The position numbers and the translations under genes were made by a program. Positions 42,843 to 53,088 of a stretch of 64,000 nt of DNA are shown here, in pieces. The DNA comes from Styela clava (taxonomy: Eukaryota): the NCBI RefSeq assembly GCF_964204865.1, contig NC_135252.1, forward strand, positions 14,818,001 to 14,882,000. The letters are read 5' to 3'. The notes beneath the pieces were generated by a model. It was not told the origin of the DNA and did no database searches. It was given only the letters and a program-made list of their open reading frames with translations. How positions within the stretch are numbered: the first letter of the stretch is position 1; each line of letters starts with the position of its first letter.

Positions 42843-43329
42843 AGACATTTAATTCTTTAATGAACAATGCATTAATCACGTGGAATATGTTATCAACAAG
42901 TGTCCATTATGCTCCTAATTTTTAGTCTAACCTGTAAGTCTCGCTTTCTAAAATATAATAAACTAAATTGGCTTGCAAAAAATATGTTATTCATTGAAAT
43001 AAATAAAAGTACCGAAGTGGCAATGTGAATTTTGCTATTTAAAGAAAAAATAACGATATATTTGTAGCAAAAATAAATCTGTCAATAATGCAGTGGCTGG
43101 AAATCTTGGCTATTCTGTAACAGAAGTTGCCGTGAACTTTGAGATCATGGGGAATAGATAGGCTTTATTATTTGTCAGGCAGTAGCTGCTTCACATGTTG
43201 AAGCATGATTTAGGAAAGGCTAACAACTCGAACTTTCTAGAATATCTAAAGTATATAGAATATCTATTACGATTTAAAAATAAAACGCATTCAACAGCCT
43301 ACTGTATCCAAAACTTCTAGTTAGACACG

Positions 43330-43645
43330 GAGTGTAAATATGGACCGTTTTGTTTAATATTATTATTTTGTTGTTTTAGGTCAAATTCTTTTTCGTGTTG
43401 TTTTTATGAAAATAATCGTTACGAGGCCAATTGCTTTGAAATTTTCAGTGGCTAAAGATTGTGTTTTTGTTAGAAAGCTATTACTTTTATTTATACCAAA
43501 AGTTTTTTTTAGTCTCCATGACATTCGTTTTGTGTGTGCGATGACGTCATCACTGTGGCGGTTCCCGTCAGGTGAAGTCGTGAAAACCGCATACTACTTC
43601 GTTGTGGCTTTCGTGTCCATATATTTGAGCATCGTTTACTTGTTT
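43330..43645 (+). mobile_element. DINE-1/Helentron-associated-like short interspersed repeat (copy 2)
   Basis: Shares CCAATTGCTTTGAAATTTT...AGAAAGCTATTACTTTTATTTA...ATGACGTCAT...CGTGTCCATATATTTG...CTTGT with ~25585-25875. The left boundary is approximate. Confidence 0.5.
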
Positions 43646-44542
43646 AACAGAATATCGAAAACGCAACAGTTACTGTTTTTCCTTTCTCCTACAATTTGTC
43701 AGTGAGATGATGATTGAATAAACATTACTATTTCACTTTTCAATTGGTTCAGAAAATTTACGATGACCGAACTTATTTGCAATCGGGAATTCCTTTCGAG
43801 AATAAGTATCGATGCGTCAATGGATATTTCATCGTCTTCTTCCGTTTGATCTAAGCGCCAAGTGATTCATTGCGAACACGAGCGCTCGAATATAGAAACA
43901 TTGATAGAAAATGAGAAATATAACACGCTAAATATAGAAATCGAAAAAAATAAATTTTCACAATGCCTTTGTGACGCAACTCGGCTGGTACATCATGTTA
44001 ACTCTCAAGACAATATTAACCATCAACTCATTTGTACACTGGCGGAGCTCACCATATATAAACGCGATTTACGTAAGATTTTTAACAAGAATTATAAATC
44101 CGTACTGGAAGAGCAAGAAATGACATTTTAAGGGACATCAAACAACTTATTGTACTAGATTGCCGAAGATAAAAACCACAGGTATCCACCAAAGAAGCGT
44201 ATAGCAGACAAAACCATACTGTTCACAGCCCGAGGGAACATGTGCTTTAATTCAAGTTTTTGTCTATATCCAGCTGCACTATAAATACCGCTAAGTTGTC
44301 GCAAACATTCGACGATGCGAAAGAACAACATATAATTAAAAATATGTTACCAAAATACTGGAGGAGGAAAAGTAATGTATAGCAAATCGGTTTTACCAGT
44401 TTACCAGATTGACAAGAAAAGCAGCAGAATTTGCTACAGGATATTATTAGTTTAACAAGAGTATGGGTTACATGGCGTTGCTAATCCGAGCAAAAATCGA
44501 GCTGGTTGCAGTGACACATTGAGAACAGGACTAACTCTACAG

Positions 44543-45218
44543 CAGGGGTCTCCAACTCAAAACATGTCGCGGGCCACTTTTTGAAATTGATTGGCCACGC
44601 GGGCCGCAAATCAAGAAATTAAGTACAAAAATGAGTATCAAAATGTATTGTGTTGAAATTACACTTGAATCTTACAGCAAACGAGACATGAAACATATTC
44701 ATGTACTTGTGTTGGATATTTGGTTCCGATGTTTGGCCTTTATTTTAGTTTGCTAGTCTTAATTAAGACAGCATGCAAATGCTCGTCCGTTAGTCGTGTG
44801 CGGAGGGCTAACTTTCATAGTTAAAATAAAAATTATCGCAAATGTAAGAACTGCCAAACATCGCAGCAGGTATGCAACGTGAATGTGCAATTAGCTTCGC
44901 AAACTATTCTTCGGGCATAATGAACTGACCGAAACTCGTTTATTTCGTCACAAGGAACATGCGAAATGAAATTATTGTATTCATTATTGAAATGTAACAA
45001 TAGAATAAAACATGAACGTGGTAAAGTGGAATAACAATGGAAAATTCTTGCTCCACTTATTACAGTTTGTCGGACCGGATTCTTGATGATAAATGACACG
45101 ATAAAAGTTTACATCGTACTATTTTAGTTTATGTGGGAAAATCCCAATCATGACGCGGGCCGCAAAAAATGCCTGGCGAACCGCATGCGGCCCGCGGGCC
45201 GCGTGTTGGAGACCCCCG
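44543..45218 (-). mobile_element. 676-bp hAT/Charlie-like deletion derivative with a transposase C-terminal remnant
   Basis: TIRs CAGGGGTCTCCAAC and GTTGGAGACCCCCG; perfect 8-bp TSD CTCTACAG (44535-44542, 45219-45226); GCGGGCC(G/A)C subterminal repeats. A minus-strand remnant reads FGSSYICDNF...RTRLTDEHLHAVL, resembling the hAT C-terminal dimerisation region. Confidence 0.9.
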
Positions 45219-46373
45219 CTCTACAGTCTCAATATCGAGTCAAGCACAATCCAGGTTACGTTATTTTCGAAAGTCGAAATGTGTATGATGGCATTCATAT
45301 TCCATTCCGTTTAATAATTGTATATAAACTCTATATATGATAAAATACTTGAAAATTTCATGTTATTGGGTTTATATTTTCAATCTGGATTTAAGTTAAA
45401 ACAATAGATGAAAAAGACAAAAAGACGAGGACCAATGTTATCATTCGGGTCGGGATTTAGAGTGAAGAATGTTGCATAAAAATGCATTTCAAGTGAGATG
45501 AATTTTGTTGAGAATCGAGAAATATGCGATGTCACACGTCCTCAAGGATTATCAGCGCCATGATTTGAATCCAACATTAGATGCAATTTGTAAGTTTCTA
45601 AAAATAAAAATTATTTGTATCTTTGAAAATACAGATACTGAAAATAGTTACGTAGAAGGGAATATGGCCTGAACTATTTACCTATTCAATGATATATATA
45701 TATATTATATATATATAATATAATATTATTAATAGAGGACAAAATTCAGTCGTCAAAAATTTCATAAAACAGAAGATTTCGGTTAAAAACTTACTACGTA
45801 TACAACAAAAAATACACAAACGTTGTCAGGGACAGAAAGATATAAAATAAAAATAAGCAGTTTTGTAAACTCAGAGGCAGTATTAATTAGAATTATTCAT
45901 GGCTTTTGCGATTGTTGACTGAAGCATAATGTACATTAATCACAGGAGAAATGCACGATGAATCATATAATCACCAAGTGCTTTTCAAATTTGGAACGTT
46001 CGGAGCAATATTAGATCAAATATTACGAATAAAGCCTGCAGCGGAATATATGTCGTTATACTGTCATCATTCTGTTATTGGAACAACAAAATAAATGATG
46101 TATAGTGCAAATTTCTATGTGATTCATGAACTAGAACCAATAACCTGTTCTGCATTGCGTAACGATATGAAATTTACAGTTTCAAACCACTTTTTCGTGA
46201 GTTACAAAAACATAAGTTTAATCATAAGAACGCATTTCATCATATCTGCTAACAATTAACGAGTAATTCGTCACAACGCCTCGCAAGGTGAATAATAGCC
46301 AAACATGACTGTGCTAAAATATTTTAGCAATGTGGTGTCATGACGACAATGTTGATTTTTGAAAAAAAACATT

Positions 46374-46380
46374 TATAAAA
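46374..46380 (+). promoter_or_regulatory. Putative TATA box of IL17-like 6
   Basis: TATAAAAGG ~185 nt upstream of the ATG at 46560; the AT-rich background limits significance. Confidence 0.3.
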
Positions 46381-46559
46381 GGCAGTGACAAAAAATCTCT
46401 TACAAACTGGCTAAGTTTACTTTACAACAGGGCAAAAACCCGAGTTATACAATTTAAAATTGATTTATTTTTCACGAAAAGGTTATATTTATATTATATA
46501 GAATTGGATATTTTACGTTCCGTACTTGCAACTAGCAGTCAATTAACGGAATCAAAAGC

Positions 46560-47811
46560 ATGAGCAATTTGATATCACTGTTATGTATCTTGCTATTTTC
46601 AATTAAAATTGGAACATCACAACCAACACATGAATCGAACCACCAACACAACGACACAACACATGAATCGAATCAAGTCGATACAGAGAACTTCGTGCTT
46701 ACAGCTACAACAGCAAAGCCAGAAGAGGAGACAACGTTATCTATTTTGGAACAATTTCGCAGAGCTCTTCCAACTGTTCCAACTGCCAAGCCTGCTAAGA
46801 TTCCTCGAATTCCGGCCCACAAAGGAATAATTAAAAAGTGCAAATTGCTCCCAACGTACAGACTTCGAGAATCCTGCAAATCAATAGCGGAGAATGGGCT
46901 TATATACAGTATGGAGAAAAATGTTTTAGCATTTGTAAACAGAACCGAAGAAAAAGAATTTTACAAGAAAGAATCGGTCACTGGGGAAAGATCATTATCA
47001 TTTGGCATTGCTCTTCCGGGAGAGCAGAACTGTGATGCGACATGTCCTTCTGGAAAAGAATGGTCGACTGCCACTGAAAAGCATGAACGCAGTTTTTCAC
47101 CATGGGGATATTGTGATAACTACGACCCAGATAGGTAAATACAATTTCATTTACTCAATACATCCAAGTTAATACTATTACTATCGGAAATTGATCAATA
47201 TCCAGGTCAAGAGAGTTGAAATTTATTTGACGGCGATTGGTTTGCGGTTTGTTTTTCAATATAGCGCCGCGTTCTAATACTAATTCCAACTCTTAAGCTG
47301 CAGACACGGTCAAAAATTTAGACCTCTACGCGAAAGAATTTACCACGGAATAGCATTTGCAACGACAGCGTTTAAATTGTCTTAATTTTTTGAAACGCAA
47401 AATCTAATCTAAAATTATTCGTGCCTGTTTAGAAGTTCTGTTCATTGTTTATCAAAACTGTAAACAAAATTATAAAATAGCCATCAAAACAATTGTACCC
47501 TATTACGCAAAACATGCAAAATAATAAAAAAATTTGATTCGTGACATATATACCATTTAACTGAATAAATGCATATTTTCAGACTTCCACAGTGGATATC
47601 TTATGCTAAATGTAAATGCAAAGGATGTATGGATCCCAACACGCTTGAAGAAAATCTCAGCTACAGTTCAATAGAACTAAAGACGGCTATTCCGGTTTTA
47701 AGAAAAGAGCAAGAAGTGATGGATTTTCAAGACTGTACGAACAAAAAATGCAAAGAAAGTGTCGTTGAAATCGTTATCGGTTGTTATTGCTTTTTGCCAT
47801 TTATATCCTAA
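46560..47811 (+). CDS. IL17: IL-17-like cytokine 6; exons 46560-47134, 47583-47811 (267 aa)
   Basis: Signal peptide MSNLISLLCILLFSIKIGTS; THESN repeated twice and a T/P-rich linker; ERSFSPWGYCDNYDPDR|LPQWISYAKCKCKGC...IGCYC. Confidence 0.93.
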
Positions 47812-48948
47812 CTCAACTTTGTCTGAATTGTTGATAGCTGAGGCTTGTTACTGTAAACACATTCAATTTTTGGTGAAATGAGAAAAAAAATTATTTATTG
47901 TCGCCTGCATGAAAAACTTGCATCTGCATTTTCTCCGCCCTATCGAGAGTTTCATAAACACTACGATAAACTAAGTAAACGCTCTCGTACAGCATTCCCA
48001 CTCCAAATTTGTTTGTAAGATTTGACATTTGATTCGTGTTCATTCAAAAAAAAATAGCCGTAATTTTAGGGCTGAAAATACCAAATCAAGCTTACGCAGA
48101 ATAGCATGTTGAGTGTAAACAGCCAAATGCAGATTTACTTAACGCAAACTTGATTTCTCAGTCAGTTCCATATTTTAGTCCATAGTATCAGAAATACGAT
48201 AAATCTGTTATACATAAGATATAGATGCTAATGGACATTTTCACAAATTCGTGTATTCAACGGACTGCAAAGTTAATATTTGTTTGTATATTATGTTGTT
48301 TGCTTCTGGTATATCATGACGAATACTATCCAACAAACTTGCATCTTTGTACCAGTGTTGATCATATTTAGATATTCAAATTATATATACGATAATAAAA
48401 AAACAGAATGCACGATAAGACCTTTCTCAACGAAATGTAGGATGCAGAATACAACAATCTCATTACACCTTTTCATTCTACAAATGCATCACAGTCATCG
48501 TTCAGGTGAATTTTGTCGAGTCTCGGGCCAACCGGTATCCGATGTTTTGGTATCCGCATATTGGTCACAGGGTCATATCCAAAACCCATTGTGTGACAGT
48601 AATTGCTTTCAACTTTTCTACCGGTAATCGAGCCTTGCTTCGAATAATAAAAAAAGTGAATTTGGTTGAATACTTCAATTGAATGGGTATCTAGTCTTTA
48701 GCAAGTGGAACTGAATCCTAATATTACACAAATCTTATGTAAATTATGCCACAAACATTAAAGCGTGATACTAGTCTTCGGACACCTATCCATTTTATAG
48801 ACTTGAATGCATTTATTATGAGCTTGTCATAGAACAGTTTCGAATTGACTGCTCTAAACTTTGTATAGGAGTTTATTGAAAATACAAGACCGTGAAGTAG
48901 GCTACTGTTATTCATTAGGCTTTACTGAGATTGTCAAGTCATCGTGGT

Positions 48949-50860
48949 CTATTCGAATGAAAACCTTCTACAATGACACCCGATAGGAATCTCAATGACT
49001 TTCAGCTCGCAATCTCCTGTCTTAGAATCACAACTCGAGAACGTTATCGATGCAGATTTTCTCATTATCACTGATTCTTCCGTTGTCAATAGTTCAGATG
49101 CTAAGCTAAAATCTTCGTTACCGGTAGCAATATTAATGCATCCTTGGCAGAGACATCGGGCAAACAAAATCTTTTCCGGGAATCTAATAAAAATAAATGG
49201 AAACTTTTAAGATTTCGTGTTTTTAAAAAAATAATATGCTGTCTAGTTATGATACTTGTGATAATGTAATAATAATAATAAAATTTGTGTGATAAATATA
49301 CCGCTTACAAGCAAAAATGCTAAAATTGAGGTAGTTTATGAAGTATAGCATAGAAACTGAAAGGTTATTACGTATAAACGATATCGACTTACATGTTCCC
49401 AAAATTGAGAACAATTTATTCCAAATGTTAACAAACAAGATAATAACCTGAGTGGGTCATAGTCGACGTAGTAATCCCAAGGAGAAATGCTCATTTGATG
49501 TTTCTCTTTTCCCAATAAACTCAGATCACACGTTGGTCTTCCTAAAATTTGAATTTTTGAATGCTTTTATTGATAATCATAATAAAAATATTCGAAAACA
49601 ATTTGAAGATAAAAAAAGACAAAGCTAATCTCAAATGATATATCAATATTTGAACCCAATATTTCGAATAGACAAATGTTGTTCTTTGGACGTATTATCT
49701 TTAAATTATTTTTACTGAAACGTTTATTTTAACTAAGACTGTTTAGGGTGGATTATCACATGTTGAAGCGTTTTGGCATATGAAAAAAAACGATGAAAAC
49801 ATAAATTTTCAATTTTAAACTCTTTCATCTTTATATTAAAATACTTTAGTAAATATCACTCTAAAACTTTGACCAGAAAACCAGTTTGAAAGCATTTATT
49901 TTTGGTCATTTTTTCAAATAAAACTTCTCTAAATTTCAACATTTGCCTTTTTGTCTGAAAAACCTCGTATTCACATATAATAGGTTTGAGAATGAGGATG
50001 GAAAGATATATGTCAGTTCACCAGACTTTAAATTGGCAGTCATAAACTTTGCAACATATCACCAAATTCAATACAATATGGATTTAAATTCGAAATACTA
50101 CTCATGTAGCATCGTTACTCCGATGTTATTTACCTGCAGGTTTGCCCAATTTCACGGGTATTCCGGGAAAAATCGCTTCTAGATTCTCTATTCTAGCAGG
50201 AATCTTCTCTATCATCGTGATTGTAGTCGGCGGTGGTGTTTCAGAAACTACCAACATTCCTCGCGAACCGTCGTCCCTACCTGGTTGAATCGAATTATAA
50301 TGCCAAGAATTTTCTTCTGGCCTTTCAATGCGTAGATCGTTTCGCCCTTTTCCAGTGATCCTATCATACAAAGGATTTGTTTGTTCATTCTCATCACTAA
50401 TATTCGTATTCTCTGACAAAACTTCAGATTCGCGGACGCGAAGATTTTGTATTGCGGGATATTCGATTTCGTATTCGATTTCCACTATGTCATTTCCATT
50501 ATAGTCACACGGTCTTTCCACATTCTTTATAGCGGTATCCTCACTTAACACTCCAGTTATGGGGTTGTGAATATTTTGTATTCCGGGTTTTTCAATTTCA
50601 TCTTCGCTTTCCACTGGCAATACCGGGTCATGATCATATGACTCAATTAACTCACTCTTGAAATGCGGACTTAATGAAATATATCGACAGGCCTGACGCA
50701 GTTTTCTGTCCACGAACATTTTGCACTTTTTCCTTATTTCCGAACTCCCTAATTTCTTATAACCTTTGACAGAAGAAAATCGATTTACAGAACACCAACA
50801 GACTGAAAATAGCGTCAGTAATAACACCAAACGAACAAAATAAAAATATTTCTTCACCAT
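48949..50860 (-). CDS. IL17: IL-17-like cytokine 7 with a long acidic repeat insertion; exons 50134-50860, 49448-49541, 48949-49183 (351 aa)
   Basis: Signal peptide MVKKYFYFVRLVLLLTLFSVCWC. An extra 94-nt exon encodes (G)RPTCDLSLLGKEKHQMSISPWDYYVDYDPL(R). The last exon reads FPEKILFARCLCQGC...IGCHC. All splice phases match. Confidence 0.9.
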
Positions 50861-53088
50861 TTCTGTTTGAGGTTATATCCAACTATTTCACAATAGACAC
50901 GAGATTACCCATTAGAATCAGTTCTGCGTTTCGAAATCGTAAAATCTTGAAGATTATGTTGTTTACGGCATTTGCGTCACGCTGGCCACCCTTTCCCCCG
51001 ATCACAGCAAAGCGTGACGGCGAAGCTTCCATGCGTAAATCACTACTTATAAAATGCTTAGTCCTGGTGGCATCATCAAATCCATCGCCTGTTCCAAAAT
51101 AAATTTTCTCAATGTCTCGCGTAGTTTCATTAGTATGATATCGAGTTGAACAAGTATAAACCGCTAGATAAAAATATATTTGGACTGAAATTAACTATAA
51201 TTTCAACTGAAGGGCGAGAAAGATAAACATTGAGTAAAATTGTATGCAATCAGATCTTCAAATCATTGACAAAATTAGTAATCACTGAAAGCTTATTGGC
51301 GACACCGAGTGACTAAACTTCGTTGAAGAATGCAAAGGTCAACTATTACGAAATCTTTAAATCCATTTTCTGAACGCTTCGCAAAGAAGATCGGTACAAT
51401 CACAAGACTTACATATATCAGATTATTTTTAGACAAAACAAAATCGACGGAAAGTGCACGAACCGCGAATTTGGAATTTGAAAGCCAAATCTACTTTACG
51501 TAAAGATAGTATATAGAAGTAACACGTTTACGCCGTTAACTTGGTAGTCTGCGTAAAAATAAACAAACGAATTATAAGGCCATTAATGAACGAAACATTA
51601 ACGTAAAGTAATTGCAAGATATTTACTGCTGTCACGACTTTCTATCCTTAATAGTATGAGTAATAAAAAAGAGTGATTTTCGAAACGTTAGATATTTTAT
51701 TCTTGCTCACAAGATTTATAATTAATCCACGTTTAATTTTAATATGAAGGATTTTTATATGAAATTATCTCAAATCTAAGAAAAACAATTAGTTTTCATG
51801 ATATTCAACTTATAAATAATTACTTGTCCAGACATATCATATCACTTCGACTTTTCTAGGCAAACGAGTTGGTATTGAATATGCTGGATAATTTTGTTCA
51901 GACCAATGTGAAAGTCAAGTAAAAAAAAATCATCGAGTTTGTTTGTCAAACTGGTGATCATTGTGGATTAAATTTGAAGCACAGATACTTTGAAAATGTT
52001 TCAAGGCGTGGTCGTGAAATTCTAACCAAAATCGTATAGTAATATTACATATGATGTTGTTGCAGTTCAGTTTCATTGCTTCTCCTCGTCCTTCATGGTA
52101 TCAATACAGTATTGCATTTTCTCTGTGAAATACCATTATTATATTTCATTTTCGCAATTTATTTTTTTATCGAAATGTCGGACTCGGTCAACTGTTTTTC
52201 TGAAAACATCTATTTGTTTCTATGTTCGTCATAAGCCTATCAGACACTGATGCATCACACATGTCTCCCAACTATCCTTCTAGCATAAATACTCGTCGAG
52301 TAATGCAACATTCAGTATTCGGATTGGACAAGGAATTGTTTTGGTAAAGCAGTATTACGAACAAATTTTATTATTATTTGTACCACCGCGCAGTATCTAA
52401 ACAATATATATATCTCATCTATGCCTCCAGTACTTCATGTCCAATGCTCTCATGCCACAAAACACGACTTCGACGTAAATCTAAGTAAGTCAATAAATTT
52501 AAAATGCAAACAACGACTTATATTTTTTCATTGTTATTCCTAATCTGCTTTTTTGTACCTAAATTCGCAAAAAAACACGAACGAAACAGTTGAAGCACGC
52601 TGTGGTATTTTATTTAATTACTGAAATCAACGAACTTGGAAAAATAATAATTTACTGAACTATATAACCAAAGTCAAAAAATATCATAAATATGAAAAAG
52701 CAAAAGTAAAAATAAATTATTTTGGACATAACATAAACACAAATGCAGGGCATTCATAAATGCGGAATATTGTGCGCATAATCAGAAAATAAATAATAAA
52801 TATCGGACGTACAGTGGGCTTATGAAAAGTTCATTCGCAAAAATGGTTTGTGCTTTAGAAGGAGTAACTTGTGGCCAGTCGTGGAAATTGGCCAATCGCT
52901 CTTCAGTCTTACAATGGCAATTTTGCCTCTGGGCAAGAACAAGATACGTGATATAGTTACGAGGATACCAATGCCCACCAAAGAAATTTACGACATTACT
53001 TAATTAGATTCTGTTCCTCGCTTTCACTCGTCTTCCACTGAATGAAACAACGATTCTTCGAATATGCTCATTCCAGTTGCAAGGTCGT

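Noticed and set aside
43862-44131. 89-aa ORF between IL17-like 5 and 6
   Set aside because: Non-ATG start, no recognisable motif or signal peptide; possibly decayed TE sequence.
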